Assembly: GCA_053919585.1 (NCBI GenBank)
Contig: CM132786.1
Origin: Euprymna scolopes
Taxonomy: Eukaryota
Reading direction: 5' to 3' (one strand)
DNA: 64,000 bases
Made by a program: the position numbers and the translations under genes. Positions within the stretch are counted from its first letter, which is position 1, and the number at the start of each line of letters is the position of its first letter. The notes below the pieces were generated by a model, which saw only the letters and a program-made list of their open reading frames with translations, was not told where the DNA came from and ran no database searches. Shown one piece after another: positions 24,273-39,050 of the stretch.

Positions 24273-27200
24273 TATTTTTTCATTACATTTTCACGCCAAG
24301 CAAAGCACGCTGCCACTTAGATGTGGGGAGCTACTGTCAGGGACATACGTGTCAGGGATACTAATTAGGGAGTTGAGCAGAAGGGAATTCGAAGTCTTTC
24401 TTAAAACTAGGGGATATCTACTGTGTAGGGGTGGGACTTTGCTGCTTGTCGGGTTTGTTGAGGGTATTTTCGTCCGCGGGGCCATGTCGTCGGAGCATCC
24501 ACAATTAAAGTACTTGTAAAACAGGCATAGGGATGCAACATTTCGTCAATGTGACAGAGGATAAAGCTTAGATAACAGATTCAGACCGATCCGGTTGACG
24601 ACTCTTTTTTTAACCCTCTCCGAGAGTGAGAGAATAGTAGCACATGCACCGGACGAAATGCGACAACAATACTGCATGCATAGGCGGAAGATGACCTAGT
24701 AGATTTATAGGATATTTTCAGACGTAAGTAACTTTCTAGCACGGTAAAAAGCGCACCTTCTTCGCAGCAGCCTTGGCAATACTCTTAATGTATCTGTTCA
24801 ACTCATGTTCCTTGTGAACGTAAAGCTGAGGAGATTGAACGAAGTAATTTCAAGTAATGTATTTTAGCCATATCTATAGGTGGTTGGGAAAGTTTTTTTT
24901 TTGTAATTATTAAAGGAAACGAGCTGAGTCTTGGCAGCATTGGGCGTTATTATCCATTTTAGACTCCGTTTTACTACATACTGGAGGTATTGCCCTAGGG
25001 TTCCCGATATTTCCTTGGATATGTGTTTGTTCGTTTTCCTCACGTGCCGTGTATAGAGCGTGGTGTCGACAGCGAGTATACCCATCTCAGAGACTATTTT
25101 ATCAGGGAGAGAATTTATTGATTTTAGGAATAATAAAGGCCCAAGAACCGACACTTGGGGAACACCCGAATTTATATCATATTTTTAGACGTACGGTCAT
25201 CAGGGACAACCCGACAACCTGGGGTCTTCTATTATTTTAGTAGGATAAAATCATGTAAATTATTCGTCGATAGGATCTAATTTTTATGAGAAGATCATCG
25301 TTTTATTCTCTGTCAAATGTCTTAGATATATTTAGGGCTACTGCCCTTTCCCCTGCCTTATCCAGTTATAACTTATCCACTTATACGTTTAGAGATTACA
25401 GATAAAATATCTGCAGTAGAACGGGCTTGGGATAATCCATATCGATGGTCGGACAGAAGTGTCGCGATTGAAAGGTGGTTGATTAGAGCTTCATTAATTA
25501 TAAACTCAAATGTTTTGGCGGAAGGAGGGAGAAGGCTAATGAATTCTTGTAAACAGAAGTAGTTTTCATCGGTCAGGAAAGCATGATACACTAAGGCATC
25601 TGTTGAAGAGTTTGGAGAGAACTGGAGAAATACTACAACCGGGATGAGATCAAATCCACGTGCTTTTGAGGTGTCTGGGTGTATTATTTAGAAGGGGTTA
25701 TTTTTAGATCATCTATTGTGGTTTTGTCAATAAACAAAAATCAGGGAAGTAGTGGTTTGCTGGGACCAAAGCAGAGTTTCTCGGATGCCATACAAACAAC
25801 CTCATGATTGTTGGATATTTTTACTTTTACTACATTGTTATTTATTACATTATTTACTATACTGTTGTACATTTTCCTAAAATCGCGAGTTCCTAATTTC
25901 TGCGCTTCAATGTTTTTTTTGTTTTTTTTCTAGTGGCTTCAGAATATTATCTCTTATCTGTCGCTACTTCTTTCTTAAAATTACTTTTAGCTTCCATAAA
26001 CTTTTGTTGCCTCTGAGCAATGACAACTGCGCAAGTAGAAGTAAAGAATCGAGGAGAGTGGAGTTTTCTATAGAACTTCCGTGTAGGAACATGTGCTTCA
26101 GTTATTGCTTTGAACCATTTGGTGATTACATTTGCGCACTGTTCCGCAGAAAGAGAAAATATTTCCCCATGGAGCATTTCTGATGTATATCTATAATGGC
26201 ATCTTACTCAGTCTTATTGTTAAACCTTGTCATTTTGTGCCATGACTCTTCAGCTTGGGGTCGAGACTTTAGAGTGATGTCATTAAAGCATGATCAGCAT
26301 TCGCGAGTGGGAAATCGGCATTTGTTACACAATTCTCAGGAACGCTTGTCAGAAAAAGATCCAGAAGTGATACATGCTGATTCTGACAATCTGGGAGTCT
26401 GTGTCAAGGAATGAGATAGAAAAAAAGTTATATATGATGCTATCAGCCGTGTTTGTGTATCTATAGAAGCCATGCTAATTATTATGGTGAGCGTTAAAGT
26501 CACAAAATATATGTATTTGGGCGCTAGTGTCAAAGTGGGGGAGCTACATCTATGCTGTCAGGAACATGATTGATTAGAGTACAGTCCTGCGTCAAGAAAA
26601 ATATAGATAGCTTTCATTATGTTGTAAAGTTAGTTTAAAGCACATGAAAGCCTGGTCATCTGATTCTAGTTTCGGTTCCCTTGTCATGGGGAGAGTGTTA
26701 CAGCTAAGACATACATGCATGTGTCTGTCAGAGTTCTTATGACAAAGTGGAAGATAATCAAACATGTTAAAGATGTTAGAGGGAACGGAGGAGTGCAATT
26801 TTATTTCACTTAGTGCACAGATATCCGAGAAGTTTGCTAGAAATGATTCTACATCATCCAAGCAAGTTCTAATTCCACGGATATTTGTAAATTATAGCCA
26901 CAAAGAAGAGACGAGTTTAAGTGGGTGTCTGGTTTGATCGTTTTTTGTTCATATTCAGTTGCCATTTAATTTTATTTCGTAGTTAAAATTTAGGATGAGA
27001 GGTTGTAGACAAAGTGGCTGTGCATAGCAACCATCATGCAACACAAGTAAACCATCAGCCGATTCCCCATCTATGGTCTCGTCAATGCCCACCAGAGATT
27101 AGTGCTGGGTCCGTTTCCATGTGCGATATGGCACTACAAACATCCTGATACGATACAACTGATGATAGAGCAGATGCTCTAAGTGTTACCAAAGAGTAAG

Positions 27201-27730
27201 GTCTCCTCCACTGTCAGTCAGAAACACAACCAGTAACTGTCAGTTGCCCAGTCCAATCATATTAACATACATGGTAAAACAGCACCCCAAGGTACCCAGT
27301 TAATGGGAATGGAATAAGCAGATGTAAGGGATGACGTTCATTGTCTTAGTCCAAAAAAAGGCCAATAACTAAGCATGTCTAACGAGTCCCTGTGATCGCA
27401 ACTCTGCTCCTTCCTAATAGGGCAAAGAAGAGTATTGAAGCCAGATGGTAGGCAGAGCCTATCTACTTCTTAAGCAGTTTAGGTTTGCAAACCGGTGATT
27501 TGATCGAGTAACCAACTCTAGGGAGGTTGTCAACCAGGACTGTGTATGCCTTCATTTCCCGTTAGGTGCCAAACCTATGAGGTCAGTTGCACAGGTTTGA
27601 CATTGGAGTTTTTCTTCTCCAAGATAAATGACCTGACGAGATCTGCACGTCCATCACATCAAGAATATTAGCCCCTGCGCCTGTTTTCAAAGCCAAGTAT
27701 GTCTACTCCCCCGCATGGTAGTTAGAGTTA
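24273..27730 (-). mobile_element. Near full-length decayed CR1-group LINE (APE + RT, about 0.8 kb upstream leader)
   Basis: APE: FTNIRGIRTCLDDVESFL, CALSEIKL, CDFNAHH; RT: YGLSQARSTADIL, SVLGPLLFL..INSLP, ILAVDTTLY, PNAAKTQL; 3' end GGCGTGAAAATGTAATGAAAAA matches the 39030-39050 end. Confidence 0.9.
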
Positions 27731-27749
27731 ATCACATTAGTATCAAAGG

Positions 27750-28500
27750 TAGCTAGTTTTTGCTATGAAGTTTTAGATTTTGGTTAGATTAATTTTTGAA
27801 GTTTTGGTTAATCACTCGTTATGGGTGAAAGGCTTGGGACGGTTTGCGGATTAATAAACACATTAGAAAAGTATCGTATGATGTGTTTGAGTTAAAGAGT
27901 TTGGATTTTAATAATATTTTTAATAGTTTTTCGTTTACTTGGTACTTATGGTGCATTAGATGTCGATAAAATGTTGTAGGTTTGAATTCTATACTGTTAT
28001 GATTCATATTATTTTTAATTTACTTAAACTGCTATTAAAGATCACGGTTAAGAAATTCATTATTAATTAATATTTGTTAATAATGGTAAATTCACGTGTC
28101 AAAATAAATCGGGAAAATGAGATTAAGTTGGCTCGAGGTAATGAGTGTTCCAAGTGGAGAATTCATTATTGGTTGTGTCGATTAAAACATCTAAAAACAG
28201 ACATGTTCTCATTCATATTTGATTCATGAGTAAACTTAAGTGCTGGAATATACTGAAAAGTTATTTGCAATGTGTTCATTTGGTTATTATTCTTGATAAG
28301 AATTAGAATGTCATCATCCTGAGGTAATTAGATTAGTGTATTTTCTAAGTTTTAGATTTAAAGGCATGTTTTATATTAATAGTGCTTTCGATGGCTAGCT
28401 AATCTGTATAAGTCCTGATACAATATATAGAGTTACTAGTTGGAAGATAATCTATATTGAGACGAAGAATATAGATAATTCTCGCGTGAAGACGAAAAAT
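27750..28500 (-). mobile_element. Penelope-like RT fragment, highly decayed
   Basis: MNSPLGTL (cf. MGSPLGP), DDILIL, FYRHLMHHKYQVNEK. Confidence 0.5.
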
Positions 28501-28729
28501 ATGTTTAATTTTATTGAAAATAAATATAATTGTTTAAAAGAAAACATCGTCCCAAAGCTGAAAAGTTAAGGAATGTGAGAAATGACTAACTAATGTTGCC
28601 TAAGCTAACCTTGCTAAATCCTGCTTTTACTTTCTTCTCACAACACCGTATGTATAAAATTCATTCATCATCGTATACATCCTTCATCGATCGCCCAAAA
28701 CACACATATGACTTATCTACTTAAAACCT

Positions 28730-31300
28730 TTATATTATCTAATATCCAAAAGTGATATGTACAATGACAGGAAGGTAAAAAGGGGGTAATAAAAACACGC
28801 TATATTTTTTAAACTGTGGCAGATAAACTGATATGCCGGTGAAAAATGGCAGATCACTTTATTATCAAAACCATTTCCGTAAACGTCGCAAGAGAACCCT
28901 CGTCCCTCAACTGGTTAAGGACTGGAAGATAACAAAGAGGCTTACTGATATCTCTTGCGCATAAGCTAAGTCATGAACCTTAGTGTCTGAAAATGAATCT
29001 ATAGCTAAATTTTAAGCTTGACTTTATGAAACATTTGTTTTCAGAACCCAAAATCCTCTTACCTTACAAACACTCGCGAGAGACATCCACTTTTATGCTT
29101 CTTTTTAACCTAGGAGGGAAGCTGTGCCTGAATTACATAAATTTTAGCACTATTTTTCTCTCTTCCACTGCTTGGTCTATACTAGCCTCTGATGTCGCAT
29201 TAGCTACCTTAGATTCTAGGTTGAGTCTTCTGCTAAAAGCGGCAAAAAGAACTAGTGTCATCCTTAAGCTGGCCCACCACCTAATTTCTAATTATAGCCC
29301 CCAGCAATTCCCGCTGTAACTGGTTATGATAGCTCTTCACGCTGAACAACGACGTGTTGAACTACCAGTAACCATTCAAGGCTTAAGTCTATATAGGTTT
29401 AGCAAAATGCGAATAAGTTGGCGGTTCGAGTAAACTGTTATGACAACCTGGAAGATATAATACTCCTGTATCGACTCACTCAACTAAGAACCTCTCGATA
29501 TAACTTAAACTGAAAGCTATTCCGCACCAGAGTCGTGCCTAGCTGTCCAAGTCCATACAACATCAAGAGGTTTTTCATTTCGGAAATTGTCAATAAGATC
29601 AAACGCATCAACACACTCGCGAAAATAAAAGGCATCTCGACCCTTTTTAGAACCATAGACGTTAACCCCAAACCGGAATCTATGTTCCAGTTTCCTGATA
29701 AACTAACCGTTCGGGAAGTACACATAATTGCTTGATTGACGAGGAAAAGCAACAAGCTGAGCATGAATAGGCGCATAAACACCCATAAAACGAAAAGTCC
29801 TACAATTTATAGTAACATCTAGAACAAAGAGTCTTCTGTCCAGATTCATTAAGATCAGATAACAGCACGAACCCAAGGCCTGTCTACTAGCCAAGAAACA
29901 CCTCTCGAGCAAGAAGTAAAGTAAGCCGAGTAATCGTGATATCTCCTACACATCGCACTCAAATGGTCATCTGGAATGAGATAAGTTTCTTTAACCTAAG
30001 AAATATCCACTAGGAAGTGCTGCAGATCAGAATTCAGGCAAATCCCCCCCAACATTTACACTAGCAAGATTGAGATACACATTAGTGTTTTAAAGCTGAG
30101 ATTTTTAACAACCATCGTAGTTGTTAACATGCCGATTGCTTTCATATCGAATAGGTGCCCATCCGGGCATCGATGAGCCTTTCACGGGTAATGCAGTTGA
30201 CATGCTAAAGATAAAATAGTTTGGCTATCCTATATATGTAGTGTGTATTTTACGGAGACCCGGCCAACAAAATATTTTCTCAAATTTTTGATGTCAGAGT
30301 ACTTGTAAATTAATAGAGAACGGTGAAAACTACGGGGTTTATTTGCTTTCTCTAGCATTACCTACAGATTGTTTACTTACTCATTCTCTGCATCATAGTT
30401 AGTATTCTTTTTGCACTCGGGAAATTGCTGGGATCTGAAAGCAGCATTCCAGCCACATCCGTGAAATCAATTAACTTCATCAAGTAAGCGTCTTTATAAT
30501 CAATCGCGGTGTTCATTTGCACGTCTCTGGCTGAATAAATACTTTGCAGGAGAGTTAGGGTGCTATTTAATTCCTTTTTCAAGGGAAGGGTTCAGCGCGC
30601 TTTTTCCGGGTTCGAGCAGACGTTTTATTATTACGGGAGGTGTGGACCTTTTATAGGGACTTTCTGAGAATGCTTGAGGAGTACTTAAGGGAGGAGGCAG
30701 ATATTATTTTGATTGGATTAAATGAGACTAATTCAGTAGATGCTGTGGAAATAGAACCTAGGCAGGTGGAGACAAACCTCTGATTTGTGAACGGTGTTTT
30801 AGCATAGTCGGGAACTGGGCGCAGATATGGATGTTAACGGTTCTGGAATTTTGTGGAATTGTTGAATTTTTTAAGAGAACAGAGTTGTTGTTTGATAGGG
30901 AAATCAGAGGTGTCGTTTGTAGAACATCTAATCTCTTCTTCAAATTAAGTACTTCTACATACTTGTGCCTGCGCGGGTCTTTTTTTATAATGGACTCCTC
31001 CTTCATTTGATCTAGGTTCAAGCGGCTAGGAGTCACCTTTCTAGGTACAATTTGCAAAGGCTCGCGTCATTGTCACTCATGAAGTGATTATCACTGTTAG
31101 CCCTTTGCCACGATCTACGAAATCGTTACCCTAACTTTCCGCGGTATGTTCTATTCCGTATTAGTTAGGGTGGTAAGTGTAATATCTACCGACTCCATTG
31201 AGGGCGGCGCACGATGTGCTACAGCCATAGACGAAGGTCGAAGACCGTTAAATACTGTAACTAATAAAGGAAGTTTAACAAATCCGTTAATATATTAATA
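28730..31300 (-). mobile_element. L1/Tx1-type LINE remnant (ORF1 end + APE, internally deleted)
   Basis: LASVNVGG, VKETYLI, LFVLDVTI..FRFMGVYAP, LSGNWNIDSGL; homologous to 35020-35800. Confidence 0.7.
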
Positions 31301-33249
31301 GTGAAACAAAACACAACTATTCATAAATCAGCAACGATAGAAGCTTCAAAATAAACTTACTTTTCAAAAATAATTAACCACGTAACCTTCTAATATACCC
31401 GTTGGATACCCGTACTGTATGTATATATGACGTGTATGTAACGCGTGTATAACCGAGTCTCTATTTATACTGACATAGTCATGTCAGCTTGTACAGAAAA
31501 TCTATTTTGTTTAAACTTTGGGATTAAAAAATGATTTTCCAGAATTCAAAAAACAAGTTTAACTTTATTATTCCTTGGGGGGATTTTAGCATCGTTTCTC
31601 TTCAAAACTAAATCCTTTACTCGAATGCCATCGGCTAGCTCCACAAAACCTGATTCTTTTTATAATTACATGGCCTGTTGCACCACAATCAAAAGACAGT
31701 AGTTACTGTTTGTTGAATTGTAAAATACACATAAAAATAAACAAACGAATGTTCACTAGCAAAGCTCTTCACATTTTTGATAGAGTCTTGTTTGAAGTTT
31801 TTCAATTAACATTCGAAACTTTTGTGGTTGGGTCGCCCAAAATTATATCTGATAATGTCCGTCTTTTCTCATGAGATAAAAATGTTCTTGGAAAAGTTAC
31901 AATTTTTATTTGGGTGAATAATATAATTTCATTTTGTTGGTTTTCAGTGTTCATTTCTGATTTTCATGATACTTTTAGATTCTATATTTTCCCTTATCAA
32001 TTTTCGTTTTTCTTGAAACTATTTAGTGTTACTTTGATTTGATTACAAGTTATAGGTTTTTCATTCTGGGTTATGCTAGTTGTAACCGGATTTAAGTTTC
32101 CCGGCAACACATTAATATCTGTGGAGACTGACGCTAATAACTTGGCCAGACATAGTAATGAATTTTCCGTTGTTTAATAATATAGTGTGTAATCCTCTAA
32201 TTTCATTCGTTTTAGAGATGTAAGTTCTGTTTATAAAGAGAAAATTCTGGGTTTTCCTTTCGATACCTAATGTTTTCTTAATACGTTCAATGATTTGCTG
32301 GCATCATATAAGACTTCTCGCATTATAAAACGTTTGTCATCTATGCGGTGTATCAATTACTACAAATCAATTGCGTTTGTTTCAATAAATATAGCGTCGT
32401 TTGGATTTTCACGTTGTATCTGTTTACTTTTAGAATTCCAAAACAACCCAATACTGTCCCCTAGTACAATTCGAATTTCGATACCGATCCATCGAATAAA
32501 GTCTTCGCCATCCCATAATCTTTTGAATTAAAATGCATGTTTAATTTTAGAAAAGATATTAAGACAAAAATGTATGTACAGAAGTCTAAAAGATTTGGTA
32601 GATTTTATCGAGTGATTTTGGTTTCTGATTCGTTGTTCGCAGATTGTGACTTTATTTTATTGGTCACTTCTTACTTCCCTTGTTTAATAGTTTTGCAGTT
32701 TCGATTTCTTAGAAATTTGGGTAGAAAGTACCAGTTAAAATTCGTTTTTGTCAATCAGCCCGGCAGGTGATATGCCAGTTACGTGGCTCACTACCTGACG
32801 TACTGAACCATGCCGCCTGAGTATTACCTAGGAGGTCAACCCTTTCAGGACTTTCTACCCGGTTTTCGGTTTGGGCAAGTGTTCTGTTTGTTGCCTGCCT
32901 TATCGAGGAATGCCAATGAGGATGCCCAGGAAAATTATGCTGGGCTAAGGAGCCTCACCTTTAGGGGCGCTAACTGGACATCCCTCTTTTTACCTTGTGT
33001 CAACCATGCTAAGGTAAATATGCGCAGCATGTAAATATCCACCTGCACATATCTGTGTTCATATTTGACTTGCGTTGTCACGATTTCTTGAAAACACTGA
33101 TATTCGTAGGATTGCCTTATTGTTATGTGTGAGTGTGTTCTTTACATGTACTTGTATCCGACTTTTTTATTATTGATATTCCTGCGTGTTACCTTTTTGA
33201 TAACCCTTGCCATTTCCTTGACCTTAGCCTTGAGCTAGACTTTTCTATA

Positions 33250-36150
33250 GTGACTAACGACACAATTGTTGAAAAGAGTCTATTCAATTCAGAGTTGGAC
33301 AAACCTCCAGCAGGTAACATTAATGTGGACGATTTTTATGGCAGAAGCCAAACAATATACACCTCTCTTCACAGACAATGGTTGACATCCAAGCTTTGGA
33401 AACTGTTATTAAGAGAACCTTATTGGTATTTCCTCTCGACAGCAAACTTAGACGACTCATCCGCGCCCCTAAAGAACTTGTTAAACAAACTGCTATCAAG
33501 AATATTACACCCCTCAATATATTAAGAAAAATATCTGGTTACAACATACGGGCAACAATATTTTCAACGTTAGATGACTGCAAACAACTTTCGCATTATA
33601 AAATATACATCAATGACCACATTTTGAGAATAGCGTATATGAGGAGACAATTTTAATTTTAGAATTTCCCTCACGTGTAAAGGACAAATATCTCCTCGCG
33701 TTCCTCCTAAAATTCGGATATATCGTGTCTCTCAAAAGTGAGAGGGTAAACGGCATATAGTTTCGACGGTCTCTTGAATAAAAAAACACTCACAGATATT
33801 TTATATTACCTAGAATGTTGCGATTTTACACTGCCTGTGATAGTGGCTGTCCGAAATTCAGCTTGTTCAGAATCTGTGAAAGTGGGGCACTTTACTTGCG
33901 AGTGCCCATTAAAGCAACAGTTTATCCCGACCCTAAAAGTAGTCTTGGAACACTTAGTCCCCAAAATACAGGACAATGCAAAACCTTTCGAGGACATAAA
34001 AAACTTGCGCCTACCCTCTAATTAAAACCGTAATAGATAATTCTGAAGGGAAAACAGGTGAACAAATAACCCTAGAAGATATGAAAAAAGAGAAAATCTG
34101 AATTTCCAAAAAAACTGGTAAAAAAGTATTTAGTGCTCGTAAAATTAAAAAAGACATTTGATGAACAAAGCAAATCGACCCAGACTAAAAAGTATCTTTT
34201 CCTCCAGCTTATTCCAACACTGCCCCAGTTTTACTCCTACCGTGCCTTTCTGAAAAGAAACCCCGATTTTAAAAAGGCTACATTCTAACTAATTTGACTT
34301 ACTGTTCTTCTTCGAAAGTGGCCTAAAACCATGACCCCTGTTGTAGCCTCTCTAATCCTGGAAAAAACTTCAAGAGAGTGCATCTTAGCCAAATTAAGGC
34401 CCATAAGACATGTTTCCTAATATCTTCCCACAACCCACGCCGAAACCAACCCGTCTTGGTATTCGCATAAATATATCCCTCCCATCATCGAACGTCACTC
34501 TTTCATCTTAACCCACGAAATTAGTTATTCTCTCCCTTCCGTCACAAAAATTAGGGGAAAAATAGAGGAAAAAAAATTACTACATTTTCCGGGAAAAGAT
34601 ATGTGACGCAATTAGGAAACGTCCTGGCCTAAAAAACTTACTTCAGTTCAAGAAGATCGGAGCCAGATCGGGAGAAAACATTCAAAACCTTCTCAATGGG
34701 AAATGCGTATTGACTGCCATAACGAATGTAGCAGCAGGTGTGCGGTATTTTATAAAGGATGGTGACAATCATTTAGTTTCATCGTTTTCTCTAACGATTA
34801 TTAAGGGATATGAATTAAAGAAAATGAAAATTAATTGCATTGAAAGAGTCCTTATATAATTGAACCCCTTCCTATACATAATAGAACAATTGACATATCA
34901 TTTGAATGTGTGTCTGGAGATATGGGCTTAGCAATAAAGAGATAAGTTAAATGTTATGTTCCGAGAGCCATCGGCATTCTCACCTCAGCAATTTTTTTTC
35001 TGGAGCTGAAGCCTATGCCACCAGAATAGATCTAGAGCTTGCTAGTTTAAATGCCCGGGGGTTAAAGGCCGAATCACGAAGATTGTATAAGAGCCTAGTA
35101 CTGAAGCACCTCGGAGTGTATATCTGTTGTATACAAGATACTAATCTCATTTCAGATGATCTTTGTGTGCGCTACTTAAGGGGTATCACACTTACACAGC
35201 GTACTTTAACTTCTATCTGATCAGTGTTTTTTTTTAACTAGTGAAAAGGTTTTATTTGGTGGGGTGCGTCGTGTGCCCGGACTACATAGATCTGGATGGG
35301 AGACTGTGAGTTCTGGGTGTTACCATACAAAGAGGTTTTGTTTCATCGCTTTTATGCGCCTTAAAGCCATGTCGAGCTTGTTTCGTTTCTTCGTCGAATG
35401 AAGCAGTTTATGAGTACTTCTGGAACGGTAATCTTAGCGGAAGACTGGGACGCAGTCCAGGATCCTCGTTTGATAGTATTGGGTTACCGTCTAATAAGAC
35501 TAATCAAGATCGAGATGCTGTTTTATTTCGTGAATTTGTAGATAGGTTTAATATTATCGACAAATTTCGAAAGGAAAACCCCTGTTACTTAGTGTGGTCT
35601 AGGATAGGTAGGTTCGGATCCGGCGCTGTACAAATTTTCAGTTATATCGACGGATTCTCATGCAAATCGACGTAAAAGTTTGTCGTTGTCCAAATTTCCA
35701 CAACATAGTTAATTCGGACCACCGTCTTGTTCGTGTACGAGTAAACTTAGATAGACTAAAGCCTAGATTGACCAGATACCCGAAGCTGAGCACGTCCTTG
35801 CTCAAGAAAACTGATATCGTGACGGGCATCTACAGTGATTGTAATCGGGAACAAGTGGTGTGTCAAAATTCAGAAAGCTATTAGATAATTGCCTGCAGAA
35901 TCTATAGCAGTTAAAGCGACACTAGAGTCTAGATAATAACGGGTCGTGGAAAAGGGGGTAGTGCTTGCGTTAATATTATTAATGCACAGCCTGTCATGAA
36001 AGGAGCATCAAACTGTAGTGATTAGGGCTAGTTAAAAATGAATGTCTGTGGAGGCAATCAAGGTAACCATAAACGAAACTCTTCGTGAGACGTTCCCTCC
36101 TCATTTGCAGAAGCTTTCTTCAATGAAACCTGGTCTGTCATTGTAATAGT
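33250..36150 (+). mobile_element. L1/Tx1-type LINE remnant (ORF1 with zinc knuckle, APE)
   Basis: C....KVGHFTCECP knuckle; LASLNARGLK, ICCIQDT, FYAP, VILAEDWDAVQDP, SYIDRI, NSDHRLV. Confidence 0.75.
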
Positions 36151-36199
36151 TCTACACCTATTAGAATAGCTTTTCCCCCATCCAGAAAACATTTGTTAA

Positions 36200-36650
36200 A
36201 AAAAGAGATAATGTATTCATATAACACATCCTTCCAATCTTTATATACCATCTTACCATTCTTCCTCTTTCGTCTGATGTGCTGCCTCATTTGAAGCGGG
36301 ATCTTTTCCAGTTCTTGTAACTGGAAAGCTTCCACTCCATGATTCGTCGCAATATCTGTTATTTTCATCTTACTGAGGTGACCTCGGTATGCCAAATGTT
36401 CATATTCGTCTACAGAGGAGTTAAACCTATTACGTCGACCGAATGTGTAGACAAGTTGACGGAAACAGCGGCATCTAAACGTACGACACCCAGAAAGCAT
36501 TTCTGGATTTGAGAATTGTGCACTCAGACAAGTGGAACACTCACGCTGCCCCGAGGAGGCGAGTTCATTTTTCCATCACGAGTGTCATCGCGCATTGAAG
36601 TCTCTACTTTGTGTGAGGAAAAGCACTTCTGAAACCATGGTGTTCTCTAG
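36200..36650 (-). mobile_element. Possible RTE-type LINE 3' fragment
   Basis: ILRRIMEWK...KRSRFK resembles an RTE C-terminus; weak. Confidence 0.25.
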
Positions 36651-37049
36651 AACGGCATTATATATATATACAGATAGAGAGAGATATGAGAGAAGGAGAG
36701 AGAGAAGCAGAGAGAGACATTTAATTGAACTAAATATTATTTACATTTACATTGTTGGGTTTACACGATTATATTCTACCATTTAATGGAAAGTTCATGT
36801 TTTAAAGGAAATTATACAAGAAAATCATGAAATATTTTATCGATCTAAAAAGGTAGATCTTCATGCTACCACACTCAAAATATGTTACAAACTAGTGAAT
36901 AAAATAAAAGTTTTTTGCTAATTTAGAAATTACGCACTTGAAGATGAATACCGTCCAATAGGTAAGTTCAAGGTTTATGAAAAATAAAATAATGTAACAT
37001 CGCGCATATAAGCGCGTGGAAAAATATCATCAGCAGCAAGGATAGCTGG

Positions 37050-39050
37050 CTTGCAAGTCCCACTCTCCCTAATGGTTTAATTCCACATCTGCAACTGCCA
37101 TTGCGATAAGGCAGTACGCGTACCACCAATTTTACCCACATAAATCCAGTTCAAATAGACAGAAGTATATAAAACCCAGAAGTAACAGCAAGAATGAAAT
37201 AGCGACAGCTAAGAGAGAATTTACTGAAACCACCAAAAAAACGCATCGTACACAAAAAGTGGGAACCCGTGACTTCTGGAAAATCTACAACAGTCTAGTA
37301 AATAATGGGCAATCAACAATTCCTCCACTAACCAGCAATCATGAAGTTGTGTGCTCGGCAACTGAGAAGGCTAACATGCTTGCCAGTCGGTTTGCCTCCA
37401 ACTCCACACTGGACCCTGCTAACCACCCTTTCTCAAACTATCCTTTGCGGACAGACGCCACACTAGACGATCTGAAAATCACCCCTTCTCAGGTGTATGC
37501 TATCATAAAAAATCTTGACACTTCAAAAGCATGTGGACCATATCTCATCTTGGCTGTGCTATTAATAAAGTGCTCCGCCGAAGTAGCTCCAATCCTCTCC
37601 AAAATTTATAACAAATTACTTAATCAATCTTGCTTTCCTGCCTGTTGGAAAACTGCTTCTGTGGTACCAGTTTTCAAGAATTCTGGCGAAAGAACTAACC
37701 CATTAAATTACCTCCCATTTTTTGCCACAATATTTGAGTCCATAATTAACCAAGCTCTAGTCAACCACCTTACAGATGCTAAACGTCTGACCGACCAACA
37801 ATATGGATTTAGGCAAGCCCGTCCCACAGCAGACATTCTAACTGTAATCTCCGATCGTATATACCATTCATTTGACAAAGCACGGGGGTAGAGCGGTAGC
37901 TCTATATATATCTAAGGCTTTTGACAGGATATGGCATGAAGGTCTTCTCAGGAAAATCAGATCATGGAAGAATACTTAACATAATTAAATCCTTCTTAGA
38001 TAAAAGAAAAATCCAGGTTGTCCTCAATGGTCGCACATCTAAACAATATGATATAAATGCGGGAGTGCCTCAGAGGTATATCCTCGGACCTCTAATATTA
38101 TTAATATTCATAAATGAACTCCCTAACAAAATTGTCTGTGAGATGGGTATATATGCTGATGACACCGCGTTCTATAACAGACACAACAGGAAAACAAATG
38201 CGCGCTTATCTAAAGAAATGAGAGAAACACTAGAGGATGACCTCTGATCTGTAGTTGAATGGGAACAAAAGTGGATGGTCACATTCAATGCTGCCAAGAC
38301 TAAACTTGTTCCCTTCAATAACTACAAGAAACCTTCTCTACCACCAATAGCAATGGCAAAAGACTCTTTATCTGAAAGCGCATCTTTTAAACTCCTCGGC
38401 CTTACGTTCACAGCAAACATGAGTTGGAACAATTACATTGAGAGCATTGCCAGGACCGCTACGAAAAAAGTAGGTTCTTACCGTGCTAGAAAGCTACTAA
38501 CGCCCGAAAGTATCCTGTACCTCTTTAAGGCCACCATGTTCCCATGTATGGAGTATTCTTGTCACATTTGGGCCGGTGCATCTGCTACTAGTCTCTCACT
38601 TCTAGACAAGGTTCAAAAGAGAGTCGCCAACCTAATACGTCCTGAACTGTCATTCAACTTTCAGCATCTGTCCCATCGACGTAATGTAGCATCTGGCTGT
38701 TCTACAAGTACTTTAACGGTGAATGTTCTGACGAACTGCAAGCACTTGAATCCCCTCTACGTAAATACCCCCGACAAACCCGACGAGCAGTAAAATCCCA
38801 CCCCTTCACAGTAGAGATCCCTAGTTGTAAGAGAGCCTTCTACGCCAGTAGTTTCTTCCCCAGAACTGCTAGACTTTGGAATTCCCTCACAGGTTCTTGC
38901 TTCCCCAACTGCACTGACATGCAGAGTTAAAGTGTAACGTGAACCAACATCTTGCATCCCAACTCCCCACCCCTGTAGCCTGTGTCCCTAATTGTAGCCC
39001 CCTACACCAAAGTATCAATGTGCCTTGTTTGGGTGAAAATGTAATAAAAA
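37050..39050 (+). mobile_element. 5'-truncated CR1-group LINE RT (best-preserved copy, several stops/frameshifts)
   Basis: ORFs 37259-37891, 37921-38247, 38275-38793: FPACWKTASVVPVFKNSGER, QQYGFR, GVPQ..ILGP, IYADDT, MEYSCHIWAGA, LSHRRNVAS. Confidence 0.95.

Noticed and set aside
26525-26570. Apparent copy of the LINE 3' tail (CCTGACAG..TAGCTCCCC) inside the element
   Set aside because: Translates as continuous APE sequence (QDCTLINHVPDSIDVA..CDFNAHH); similarity is likely coincidental.
31560-32750. Possible LTR-retrotransposon pol remnant on minus strand
   Set aside because: Composition suggests decayed coding sequence but no diagnostic motif could be read with confidence.
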